Shown here: one piece after another, positions 25,239 through 37,499 of the stretch
Numbering within the stretch: position 1 is the stretch's first letter
How the letters are laid out: every line of letters begins with the position of its first letter
NCBI GenBank assembly: GCA_965655095.1
Contig: OZ296658.1
Span: 69,130,001 to 69,194,000 of the forward strand
Source: Haplodiscus bocki
Lineage: Eukaryota
Length of the DNA: 64,000 bases
Direction: 5' to 3'
Program-made: the position numbers and the translations under genes
The notes under the pieces: model-generated
Database searches by the model: none
What the model was told of the DNA's origin: nothing
What the model saw: the letters and a program-made list of their open reading frames with translations, nothing else

Positions 25239-26686
25239 TGGATCTCGTATACTAAAACCTACTGATTTCCAACACACTAAAACATAAAAGGAAAAGATTA
25301 TGCAATAAAATGACTTCCGTGAACTTATAACAACCATAATTTCAATATTCTGATAGACAACAAACTTAGCCTAATTTACTGTGCTTCATAACAAGTTTTA
25401 ATCTTGATTAGCATTAACCACTTAACACCCAATCGATTTCTAATGTTTTGCGAAGATTGCCAAAAAAACTAATATTCAGCAGCTTGTAAAAATTTTACTG
25501 AACATAATTTTTAACTTCATTAAATCTTTCGAATGAATAGAGTTCGAATGAATGTTTTTTTAAAAAAATTTTTAATTTGGTTTGAAGGACTTAACTTTCA
25601 AAATTTTTTTGATTTCGGTTTCCATTGTAGCGTAAAACTACAGGATGCTTTATTGAAATAAAAATGAGGATGGTTTTTATCAGTTTTCACTGAGTTCAAG
25701 AAGTGTGCGAATTTCTTACAATAGGCTTGTCTTCCGGCGGTTTTTTGATGTTGTTTGTTTTTTGTTCACCGTTGTTATGTTCTTTTCAATCAGCTTCAAC
25801 AACTTATCCTCCTTCCACATGATCAGGTGTATTGAAAATCTTGGTATAGGCGCATCTCTATCCTTTTTTCTTAAGATGCAATCGTAATTGACACGTTGCC
25901 TAGCCATATAAAATTTTAGCATTCACATATAATGACCTAGTGTTTTTTATTGGATATAACATATATATCGTTCACAAAACTTGGGGTACCTCCTCTATTA
26001 CTTTTTAAATTACTAGTAGAAGATCATCTGTTTTCCCCTGAGAGTTTTGTAGATTTTCAGTTTTCGGTTTTAAGCCAGCTTGCCAATTGTAACCAGGTAT
26101 AGTGGAACAACATAGAGGGTTGATTAAAAGTTTTGATAGGAGACCTTATTGTATTTCTCAAAATGTATGCTTGAAGTTTAATATATGATTTCAACGAAAA
26201 ACTGTAAGAGTTTTAGAATATTCAATTTTCAGCTTTCGCTCTAGTTTCATTGGTTGTCCCGGTTTATCCATAATTTGGATATTTCTGTTAAATGTGAATG
26301 AAGTTTTTCTTTCGTTAGTTTATTGCATTTTGATATGATTAAAACGATGTACTTTTTTCATGCGTAATTGCTGACTTTTTTTTGAAAAGTTGCTGTGAGA
26401 TTTGTGCCATCGTTTTTTTTATTAGAGAGGCTAGCAAAATGAATAGTTTGAAGATTTAAAAAAAATTCGATTTTAAAGCAAGAAAGAATTTCGACTTAAC
26501 GCAACGAAAACTGAGTATCAACTGATGGCGAAAATAAATTTTCTTACTACAGCGGCGGATTTCTATCCAGGGAACATGATTCACTTTTTAACGGTTCAAC
26601 ACGAATGTTTTTCTTCCTTTCATCTTACGCAACATCAAAAAAACTAATTTAGCAACCCAGGAAAAGTAGTCCGTCTCCAGGGTGAA

Positions 26687-26893
26687 TGTTATAAAATGAC
26701 AGCTGATTTGCTTTGTTTTAGCACAGGCAAATAAATAAAAGAGGGGGTGATGAAAGCAACATCAGATAACATAACATCAATAACAAACAGATCTTACGTT
26801 TTACGGGAGGAGTTTGATGACTAGTTTTTCGGCAGCGACTTTTTGGAACTCGTTTCTCCCTGGGAGATATTCGGGGGAGCAGACTTTTTTGCA
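26687..26893 (-). repeat. Possible 3' LTR (or part) preceded by a (GA)n polypurine tract
   Basis: On the minus strand GAGAGAGAGAGAGAGAG is followed by TG...; a candidate ...TAACA end is at 26687. No second copy to confirm. Confidence 0.3.
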
Positions 26894-29094
26894 CTCTCTC
26901 TCTCTCTCTCGCTCTAACACACTTTCTTCCTGTGCTGCGTCGATGTTGCTCAATTCCAATGCAGCGACAGCGGCAGTCTCTTCATCGTTGTGTCTGAATC
27001 GTTCCACATAGTTCTTCATTGCATATAGTTTCCCCATTTTTAGGGCCCAGCCTAACGATAACAAAAATCCCAAAGTAATCAAAGTGGCCCCACACGGCAG
27101 AATAACATCTTTCCAGATTTTCATCATAATTATTGTGTGCACTTCCTCGACCTCTTGCATAAATGGCCGTACTACTGCTGCTAACATTTCCTCAGTGATA
27201 CGGCGATCAGGCGAACCTGTTAAATTCAGCTTTAAGTGCGATAGCAAATTTTGATGGACATCTCCCATCAGTTCAGGAGGGATAACATCTTCTAATTCTT
27301 TCAGTCCTTCGAATAAGGGACGCAGCAAGGGGGTGGGTAATATTCGTACAATATCACTGGATTCTTGAATACATGTAAGGGGATCTGGGGTTAGGATTAA
27401 GCCAGCGTTCGGAAGTTGCAATCTACTTTTACAAGAGGGCTTGACTAGGCAACTTTGGCATCCCCGGGACGCGAATTTCTCCTTGCTCTGTCAAATTTTG
27501 CATTGTAAAATCTCCCTTCGCGGATGTTAAAAGATACGTCGAATCGAACAAATACAGGGCCTGCGGATGTTGAGGTAGCGCGACAACTTCTTGGGCACAC
27601 ATTTTCAGGACGGTAGCTGGAAGCTTAAAATATAAGCCGGTTAAGCAAGTCGTCTTCTGCGATTTAGTTGTTGAAAACGGTTGTTTGCAAAGTCTTAACC
27701 GGTGCGAGCCCCAGCAATGGGTAGAGAGTTCTTGCTCGGTGACTTCCGCAAAATTCGGTTTGTCCCAGGACATATGTAAGTGCGTTTTCTACAGATGGTA
27801 TTGTGTCGCACGTTCGGTCTGCGGTATCGGTTGGGGAATAGGTGTTGCTCGGAATACGTCGTGTACCCCGTGTCCCGTATAGAGAGGAATCTCAATTAGC
27901 AAATGCAACCTCTCGTCCGATATATAAGCGTCTCTCACAACTTCAAAGGTATAATACGCGGCTATTAGTTTTCTCGGAATCGCCTCGTTCAATCCGTACA
28001 CCTCAAACGTGTCTAAAATTTTCCAAGGGATTGTCGGAGGAATCAACGCTATCGGCAAGTATCCATGAAGTAACGAAGCCATCGCATCTTGCATTAAAGA
28101 AGCCAAATGGGCCAGCGAAATACGTTGCTGGTTTACATCGTTTACTAATCGACGATATTGAATCGTTAAATTCTGAAGAAACGCTGCTATGACAAGTGTG
28201 TTGCGGTGTCGGTCTTGTATATGTCTAGCGACGCACTCTCCTTTTCCTACGTAATCTTTAATCTCTTCAAGTACTCCTCTAATTGTCTCATTTAACATTT
28301 TTACATTCTTTTGAAGGCTTCTTTTCAAGATAGGGAGCCTTCTCTTCTCAACGTCGGCCGGCATTCTAACCATTATTGCTTCTAACAGCTTAGACTTCAA
28401 ATAGAAAACATTTTCTTCTAAATCTTTAACTTGCCTGGCAAAGGCTTCTATTTTCTTCCGCTCGTCTTCCTTACAAAGTGAACCAAAAGGGACTAATTTG
28501 TCAACAAAACATGAAAATTTGTCTGCAATCGGGGCCGTAAATGGTCTGAGGAAAATTCTGGATAGTTCACTTCCTAGCCCGGTTCCAACAATTGGCACTA
28601 ACAGAGATCTCTTGTACCTATTCGGTCTTTCAAACGTTTGATCTTGCAAAGAGCTATTCAAAAACACAGTCAGCGATTGTCTCATAATCTCGAGATCCGT
28701 TTTGAAAATCTGATGACTTTGAAAAACCTCAGCTAAATTATCTCGCAACAATTGCTTCCAATACGAAAACAAATGCGTGTCGGCGCATTCGTGTTGGAAC
28801 ATCCTAAGGTCTAGGTCATTCAATTCAAACAAAGCTTGATCCAAGATCTGATTCAAGGGTTTGGGATCAAGCTGGGGTATCTCGGGAAAAGAAATGTAAG
28901 TGCACAAGGTTTTAAGAGCTTTTACTAACACTACCGGAGGCTCAAGTGTAAACGCAGCGCCTGAAAATGAGTGGTATCCATTAACAATTCCCAGAGTGTC
29001 TTGTCGTCTCTGGAAGTCCCACTCATCGAAATCATCAACGGGATTGGTAGCTCCTATCGCCGCAAAAACTAGGAAAAACAACAAATCTCCTCAT
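26801..29094 (-). pseudogene. env: env: class I fusion glycoprotein of the F type (baculovirus F/errantivirus env-like), ~750 aa when repaired
   Basis: Signal peptide LLFFLVFAAIGA, furin site RYKR|SLLVPIVGTGLG, heptad-rich segment, HGYLPIALIPP, Cys-rich region, TM VILPCGATLITLGFLLSLGWAL, several N-x-S/T sites. One in-frame stop at 27789, a frameshift near 27465, and a probable 1-nt shift just after the ATG at 29094. Confidence 0.88.
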
Positions 29095-29150
29095 CCTAAA
29101 AGTTAGAAGAAGTTAAGGAAAACGAAACATAAAGGAAAATTGAGGTAGTT
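29095..29150 (-). promoter_or_regulatory. Putative env splice acceptor
   Basis: Minus strand ...ttccttaacttcttctaacttttAG|G ATG: polypyrimidine tract, YTAAC branch-like motifs and AG immediately before the env start. Confidence 0.6.
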
Positions 29151-29420
29151 CAGGTGAATTATAATAGTAAAGACCGTGGACAGTTTAAAGCGACTGTTCA
29201 CTAATTTGGTCGGCAGGTGACTGACGGGAAGAGCGTGAGTGGATCGCCAATCTGTTTCGATTGTGGTGTCTCGTACCACGACAATTGTGGAACAGGCTTG
29301 GTCAACACGAACCATTAGTTATTCGCTCGATCGGTTCGCCTAATCGGAACGAATGGTGAGCTTGCATTACTTCAGGCAACTCTGCTCACCGGGAAGAGTC
29401 ATGCCCGAAGTCTATGTTCG

Positions 29421-31282
29421 TTATTTACTTTCATTAATAAATTCGTCTATCCCAAATCGAACAGGTGGTCTCCTAACTCTACGCTTTCCGCCTGTCGGGA
29501 CATCCGAATCTCGTTGCGATTCATTTTGTGAATCATGGTCAGTGTCTAAAAGTCTCTCGGGTGCATCGTTACGCACGGTACTCTTTTCAATCTCGCTGTT
29601 TTCTGAGTCATCGCCCGGTATTGTTTCGTAGGCGGTCAATTGCGGCGAAGTCTGGCGTTCAATATTCTCGTCAGATGATACATTTTCAAATTCCGACTCG
29701 GAGTATTGTTCTACGATCTCTGGTAATTGGCTAAGCGTTACTTTAAGCCTATTTCTCGCGGCTCGCGACTCTGCCGTCGTCGGTTTACGTACATGGAACG
29801 GGCGGTCTTCAATTTTCTCCTCAGTTTCTATTTCGTTCAGAATCTCTTCGTAAATCGGAGGGGGTCGGTCTTTAAGCCTAACGGATTGTCGTACTTCGGG
29901 ATCTCCTCTATACAGTTTCAAGCAGTTAAAATGTACTTTCTGCCATTTTTCCTTATTTCCTCGCTTGCAAGTCATGTAAGTGACTTCACTCGTTCGGCTA
30001 AGAACCTCGAAAGGACCGTGCCAAGGCAAATAGAACTTTCTGGACTTCGCCTTGTGAGGTTCGAACAACCAAACAAGGTCTCCTTTTTTAAACGGTTCGC
30101 CATGTATTTCTCTATTAAAATACTCTCTTTGTCGTCTTTGTTCGGTTCCCATCGTCATTTGCGCTTTTCTATGAATTTCATATAAGCGTTCGCTTAACTC
30201 CTCTGCGTTCTCGCCTAACTTCAATCTCGGGTCTCCCGGAGGTTTTGGGACAAATAAATCTATGGGGTATTGCGCTTCCCTCCCGAAAATCATGGAGTAC
30301 GGCGTCGCTCCAATAGTTCGGTGAATGGTGGTGTTATACACAAAAGAAATATAAGGCAAATACACGTCCCACTCCTGCGGTTTTTCAGCACAATACTTTG
30401 AAAGCGTGTCGGCAATGACTCTATTAAATTTCTCGACCTGTCCATTTCCTTGGGGATGGTACGGCATTGTTATCGTTTTCTCAATCATAAAATTTTGGCA
30501 AATGACGTGCATTGATTCACTATTAAAATTCTAACCTTGATCAGTATGAATCACGTCCGGCGCTCCAACTTTCATTATCCACTCGTCTATGATGGCGCTC
30601 GCCACCGTTGCAGCTGTCATGTCTTGTAAAGCCACCGTTACGGCGTATTTCGTAAACAAATCACTCATAACTAGAATATATCTGGCCCTGGACTTCCTAG
30701 CTAACATCACTGGTCCCAAAATATCTGCCGCCATTGTTCTAAAGGCTCCGTGAACCAAAAAATTTTGCAATTCCGCTTTTCGTTTAATTCCTGCGGTTGA
30801 CCTGGCTGGACAACGATCACAATTAGCTACATGTCTTTCTACACTCGTCTTAAGCGATGGCCACCAAAATCTCTGTTTTATCCTTGCTAATGTTTTCTCG
30901 ACGCCAAAATGTCCACCACTTATTGGAGAATCGTGCAATTAAAACAAAATTTTGTTTCTCATTTCTTTAGGAATAATCGCTTGCCAGGATTCAATTACTT
31001 GGATACTAGGTTTCCATTTCCTATACAAAACTCCGTTAGATGTCGCAAGATCCTCCCAGTTACTCCAAAGTTTAACGCTTCGAGGTTCCCCCAAGATAAG
31101 GCCTCCTCCTTGGAGATTGGGTTCTTTCCAAAGGTACAATGTGAATCTTCTAAGTTCACACCGTATCGTTCGGGTGCACAAATAATGATCGTAATTGCGG
31201 AGTCGGCCCGCTGTCGTTTCGCAAGTTCACTGTCGGACCTAGTCCACGAAATTCGTTCTTTTACACTTTTAGTCATTAACAT
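29421..31282 (-). pseudogene. Gypsy integrase (HHCC zinc finger, DDE core, GPY/F module), disrupted
   Basis: HDSPISGGHFG...C..C, ADILGP, HTDQG, PYHPQGNGQVEKFN, WHGPFEV, VHFN, RRPPVRFG. Confidence 0.95.
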
Positions 31283-31379
31283 TTCCTATTGTGTTACTAC
31301 TGCGCAATGATTCCGTTTGCTAGAGGTCTTTTCACGGGAGTTAGAGGGGATTGGATAAAAATCTTGTTCGGTTTCGGGA

Positions 31380-31795
31380 GTATATACAGTTAAGGTGCAG
31401 TAAACATCTTGAAAAATCGACTAGAGACAAATAGCAACGTTCGTCCACTCCAATCGGTCATCAACAACTCCGATTCTAGGCACTGCGAAACACGTAACGC
31501 CTTTCAGCGCCGCATGCACAATCATTTCTTCTAGACATGATTTCAAAACATCATATTTTGCAACGTCGGTATACTTTTCTTTAGTCATCATTAAATAGAT
31601 ATATCTCGAATGCTCGCTGTCCCAATACACTAACATTCCTCCAACGCGATTTACAGAGTTTTCCGCCGGCCTTAAATGCGAATATCTAACAACAAAGTCC
31701 GTCATTGGCGAAGATTTAACTCGCATGTCGCCTGAGACGCGAAAAATCAACTAACTAGACGATTCCATAAAATTTCCCGTTGCATATTTCACTTC
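31380..31795 (-). pseudogene. TARG1/OARD1 (Poa1p-like) macrodomain embedded in pol
   Basis: RYIYLMMTKEKYTDVAKYDVLKSCLEEMIVHAALKGVTCFAVPRIGVVDDRLEWTNVAICL*SIFQDVYCTLTVY parallels the TARG1 pattern RYIYYLITK...TYENLQKSLEAM..HC..NGVT.LSMPRIGCGLDRLQW..V...I..VF.....ITVY. In frame with the downstream pol segment (31282). Confidence 0.88.
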
Positions 31796-31979
31796 TTCCC
31801 TCGGAGGATGTGGGATGTGCATTCTAGCGTGCGCTATTACATCGTCATTTTTTTTTTCGAGAAACTACCGCTATCTAAATCTTCTTGAGCACCACCGAGT
31901 GCTTTTTCCATAGTTTGAAACTCCGGGATTTGACCTCGCAACTCTTCTTCTTCACCTTCTTTCCATTCTGGCTTCTCAT

Positions 31980-33338
31980 TGGGCCTTCTACTAAGACCGT
32001 CAACGTTACAATGTTTTTCTCCCGGCCTATGAAGTATTCGGTAATTTTACTCTTGCATCTTCTGAATCATTCGGAACGTCATTCCATCGGCGTTTTGTCT
32101 AAATAGCCACTGGAGGCTCGCGTGATCGGTCCGGACTTTACATTGTGACCCGTAAAAATAAGGACGGAACCATTGCATCATTTGTAAAATACCTAGCGAT
32201 TCACGTTTTGTTGTGGCGTAATTTACTTCCGTTTTAGTCAAAACTCTCGACTCAAAAGCTATCGGACGCTCTTCTCCATCAATTATTTGCAACAGAACAG
32301 CACCGAGTGCCGTTTCGCTTGCGTCTGTATCAATCACAAAGGGATGGCGAAAATTTGGGAACGCTAAAATTGCGGCTTGCAACAATCTCGTTTTTAATAA
32401 CTGGAACGCATCTTGATGTTGTTTTTCCCACGTAAATTTTACTCCTTTACTAGTCAATCTGTACAGAGGTTTGGAGACTTCTGCGAAATTTTTCACAAAC
32501 TTCCGATAGTAATTAGAAAACGCCGTTAAGGATCTCACTTGGGTCACCGTCTTCGGACGCTCTCAATCTCTGACTGCTTCCAGTTTCTTCGGATTTGGTT
32601 TAATCCCCGTTTTATCTAATACATGGCCCGATAATTCACTTGACTTTGAAACAAATCGCATTTCTTGGGCTTCAATTTCAATCCGGCCGCGCGCAATTTC
32701 AGAAAAACCTTCTCTAAGTGCTCTAGGTGTTCCGCTGGCGTCTCACTATACACTAATAAATCATCCAGGAAAATGAAGACATGTTTAAAGAGGTCCTCTT
32801 TGAAAATTTCATTCATGAGTCGTTGAAAAGTTGCCGGCGCATTCGTCAATCCAAACGGCATTTTCACAAATTCGTAAAGACCACCCTCCGGGGTACAAAA
32901 AGCAGTTTTATGACTGTCCTTTTCTGCTAATGGCACTTGCCGATAGCCACTGGCTAAATCAAGCGACGAAAAATATCCTGCGCCTTGCAATGCGTCAATC
33001 GTCTCTCCTATTCGTGGAAGGGGATACGCGTCCTTCGTCGTTATCTCGTTCAACTTACGATAATCTATACACATTCGGTTCGTTCCGTCTTTCTTGGGGA
33101 CCAATAAAATCGGATTACTATACGAACTTTTACTAGGGACGATTACTCCTTTGTCTAACATTTCCTTGATTTCTTCCTGCACCGCAGGCAATTTATATAA
33201 AGCGACTTTGTAGGAAGCAATTTTAAAAGGCGGGTTGTCGTTAGTATCTATAAAATGTTCCGTTCCAATAGCAGTTCCGAGCGGATCCTTTGCCTGCGCA
33301 AAAACGTCGCGGTAAATACCAATCAAGTTAAATATCAA
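31980..33338 (-). pseudogene. Gypsy reverse transcriptase and RNase H, disrupted
   Basis: RMCIDYRKLN, YPLPRI, LDLASGY, KTAF, MPFGLTNAPATFQRLM, FLDDLL; RNase H IDTDAS, NYATTKRE, RTDH, HRPG..H.NVDGLSR. Confidence 0.96.
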
Positions 33339-34639
33339 TCATTTCAGCATCAATTTAAAAAGAGTGGCAATTAGTCGAGGGGCAGTTGATGGAGTCGTAG
33401 CTTGCGTACAAAACTTGTACGGGATCCTTTATTTACGCAAACGAGCTTCTTCTCTGACAGTCGTGTGGCGATGTTAAAGGATGTTGTGGCTTTTGCCGAC
33501 AGTGTCATAGTGAGTGGAGACTCTGACCCATTGTCTGAGTTTGGGGATGGCTGCAGTCAGCAGGATGTGACAGATTTGCAATCTTGCTGGGAGAAAACAG
33601 TTGTGCGACGCAACATGCCCAAAGATACTAGTGAGCGTTGGTTTGCGGCCCAGATTGCAAGTTTTCCATCAGCGAGTCCATCTGTTGCACGTACTGGTGT
33701 CCGAATTTCTCATATCGTGGAGGAGGGACAAGTGGAGTACGTTGCTGGTCCGGAGCGTGCTGCCGGCTCATCATGCGCAGTCAAAAGTCCCGTGATCGAT
33801 TGAGAGAGGAAGGCACACTTGATGTCTTCACGTATAGCACGCAAGTGTTTTTAGGTGACCAGCCGTTTCTATCCCTCGTAAGCAGAACATTATAGAGGAT
33901 CTTTCGTTCAGTGCTGCTCTCGGTGGTGAGGCTTCCGTCGACCAGCCCCTGTGTATGAATTTGGAAAAAAATGTAAATTCCCATCAAAGACTACCTCTTG
34001 CTCTTTTGACTGCCATTCTTTTTCCGTAAGTTTTTATTTTGTTTGGATTTGGAATCGTATTATTTAGTTTGATTTTACCATAGAAAGCCGTGTTTTCGTG
34101 GCAGCTAATAGTGATGAGCAAGTTAATAAGTTGCTGGGGAGTATCCACAAAGAGATAGAAGAAAATCAGTAGTTGCTCCTTATTGGTACCGTAACACGTT
34201 CTTAGGTACCCCTGGAATGTTTACGTATGCGTTTCGTAGTATGTACTCGGGTAAATTGGAGTGTCATTGGTATATTATCAGACGGTTGATATATGTAGTC
34301 ATCGTTCAAATTTCGCTTAGACATATAACGTAGACGAAATTTTGTACTGTGCGGGTTGCTAGGAGTTGGTTTAAGTTGCACCGAACTCATTTCCATATCA
34401 AGTTCTGCGTAATGATCCGTATCCGTTACGTCACGTGATCCGGCTCGTCGAGGGAAATGTTCTGGGTATTTTCTGGTTCTGATCATCGTGTACTGCACGT
34501 TCCGGCATTCTAGCGCTCAGAATCGATTGTCACTTCACGTGGGTTAGGTGGGCTCGGTTCGTTTTGATCATTGTCAAAAAACAGGTTTTCGAAAATCAGA
34601 CGCCCATACCTGGCGTACAAATCATCATGTTTGATGATA

Positions 34640-36900
34640 ACTTCGGTATAGGATTTCCGTTTTTGTCACGTGGTTTGAACGTCAGGTATGGTTTCTCGAG
34701 GCGTGAACGGTCGCAGTTGCCTGAGATGAAGGACCTGCGTTTCGTTCGTTCCGATCTTGCGCACTAAAAGTTTGTTATTTGGTAAAGACTTCTCAACGAT
34801 GTAGGGCCCAATCCAACTTAATACTGTGAAATTTAATTTACTACCTTGATTGTCTGATTCAAGTTGCAGCACATAGACCTAATCGCGGTCTTTGGGATCA
34901 GTGGCAGTTGCTTTTTTGTCGTAGTAGGATTTGTACTTGCATTACATTTTCCCCGGCATCTAGAAAAAGCATTTCTGTTTTTTCAAGGACGTCTTGGGCA
35001 ATCTGTGACTGAAGTGTAGATGGTGTCTGCATGCGGTTGTCGATTTTTCATTCCAGGACTTTGAACGAAACACATCTGCGGAACACTTGCTTGCACCCAA
35101 TGCTTGTGTCATAGGATTTGCTGTAGTGTAGGACAGCCAGGTTGATGTACTTGTGCCACATTGATCTTGGTTTAATTGTTTCTATTTTCAATGCCTTTTT
35201 GAGTGCTGCATGTAATCTTTTGAGCGAGCCAAAGGTCTCTGCAACTTGATTGTGGCATTTTCTACGGTTTTGTTGCGAGCATTTGCTACTTCGTGTATCA
35301 TTTGGGACACAAAAGCTGATCCTTCAATAGAAAGGATCGTCCCCGACAAGTATGTATGCTTAGTCACGATATTGATTATGACTCTGGGAACTGCTTTAAC
35401 AACTTGGTTCGTTGTAGAGTAGGAAAACAAAAATCTAGAGAACACGACCTCGGTTGTAACGATGTTTTAGTAGCCATTGGACGGAGGTAGTTCCGGAACC
35501 AAATCAATTTGCATGGCAGCTTCTGGCCCTGTGATGTGTTGACTAGGGTTCTGCAGGAATCGGCGGGTGAGTCTGTTATAGATTCTTGATTCCATGATGC
35601 ATTGCACACAGGAAATGACCCAGTGTCTGTCTAATTAGGCCATGTTTGGGTAGAAGTACTTGTATGTGTACGCTGTTATTGTCTCGTTGATTCCAGGGTC
35701 TCTAAAAAATTCTCCGTGGAGGCTTCGATGAACTTCCTAAACAAGGTGCTTTGATCTGAGAAATTGGTAGTATTTGAGGCTTCCAGTTTGGTGGTAGTAG
35801 GCCTTCTTTGAGGATTGGTAAGCTTTGGCTGTAAATAGTTTTTACCGTCTTTGGCTGTGAGTTCCACCTCAAACTCCCTGTTCATCCCAATGTTCATTCT
35901 GTGTCTGACAATAACCATATGCTAATCAACCAGATTAACCTAAATTACGTGTTTTTCAGCTGCCGTGAACAGTGTGTCTTTTCAATCAATTCCTCAAGCA
36001 ATCTCATTCTGCAGTCGGCATTGTCTGTGGGGTTAATTTCTTCGTTTTCTTGTATACCATTCTATTCCTTAAGGATTCGTGTCTGAATTGATGTATCACT
36101 TGTATCACGAAATTCAGTTGTCGGAAACCAGAAGGTATTGATTTCCTGTTCTGGTTCGTTCGTTCGATGGTTTTTATTAAGGTAGGTAATCAAATCAGTA
36201 TCACCCTCTGCAATCATACTGAGGGTTGCCGAGGCCACAGGTTTGATGAACTTAAATCGCTCCGGAATGACGAGGAAAAACTCGGAAATTTGTTTGTTTC
36301 TTTTGATCAAATAAGGTAATTCCGTTGTGTTAGTTACTCTGACTGCCATCTTTTCGTCAAGGATTTTTGACATTGAATGAAAAATCAACAAAGTTGCTGT
36401 TTCAGTGCACTTATAGGGTGGGGTCACAGTGCCTGTTGTGTTCCATTCTGATGAATGATCAACAAAAACTGTGATTGTTTTTGTTAACATGGGTGGAGCT
36501 GCCATGGTGTCGCCAGTAAGGACAGATTCAGCTTTAGCACTTCTTTCGCCCGCGGCGGTTTTGACTTGCAATGTCAAGTGGGGAAAATGAATGAGACCTT
36601 ACGCAGTGTTCATGCTTACAGTGTTGGGTCTTATGAAGTGCAAACCTGTTTTTGGCCCTGTCAAACTCTTTATAACGACAAAATGTTTTGCAAAATGTTG
36701 TTGCCAAAGTCATACTTAAGTGTGCCTCTTGGAAAGGGTTTCCCAAACTGGCCATTTGCTACTTGTATTCAAAAGTTTGAAGAGTCGTCAATTTTGAATG
36801 TAGTGAGTTGGGTTTGTGGCTTGATCCAGTCCAATTCATTTGGGCGATTGCACTGATTCAAGTTCTTGAGTCTACTTGGGCATTTATAAATAGGCCACTT
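34640..36900 (-). pseudogene. pol remnants of second gypsy element (protease, beta-rich linker, truncated RT, integrase)
   Basis: ORFs 36062-36577, 35676-35918, 35188-35445 (FSRFLFSY...GSAFVSQ) and 34666-34872 (WIGPY). Confidence 0.75.
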
Positions 36901-37499
36901 TTTAAGTCCAGAAGAATTTAAAGACCTTCTTTTTTGCCTTTCCAAAGTGTAGTGGAGGTCAATGGGAGATTCAATTCATTGGTCTACTCGTCCCTCATCG
37001 ACCATTCTTCGATGCGTGGGTTTGTTTTTGTGAGAGAAAGAATAATGTTAACTTAGTTAAGGGTAGTCATGATGTGCTTATCTGTTCCTTGGATGTTGGT
37101 TTTACAACTGTTGGAGCTGTTGAGGAACGGTACTGGTCCGTTTCCAGTTTTTCCTCCGTACTGTTACTTAGTGTTTCTGGAGTTTTGAAAATGGAGTCCC
37201 CTTGGCGGCGACGTTTGACTTGTTACGTCACATAGCTGCATGTTTTCAAGTATTTGAGTCCTTTGAGTAGTTTGGTTTGCTAAATCAGTACTAATAGTGG
37301 ATAATTTGAGGTGGTTAATATTCTTTGCGAGGGTTGCTGCCAGACCACTTCGGGAATCGGTGGAAGTTCTGTATCATTGGTGGTCTTCGGTCTGGCAAAT
37401 GGAATTCCGAAGCAAGAACGTGGGGTTTACACTTTAATTTTTGGGCCACAGACTAGACAGTTTCGTTTGTATTGTCTTGTGTGTCCTGTTGTTAATTTT

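Larger units (their letters stand above)
26687..33345 (-). mobile_element. Ty3/gypsy (Metaviridae, errantivirus-like) retroelement with env and macrodomain; gag/protease and 5' LTR missing
   Basis: RT-RNaseH-macro-INT then env, all on the minus strand; few inactivating mutations. Left boundary tentative. Confidence 0.92.

Noticed and set aside
33402-33803. 133-aa plus-strand gene
   Set aside because: No motif support; more plausibly antisense to the second gypsy element's 3' ORF remnant.
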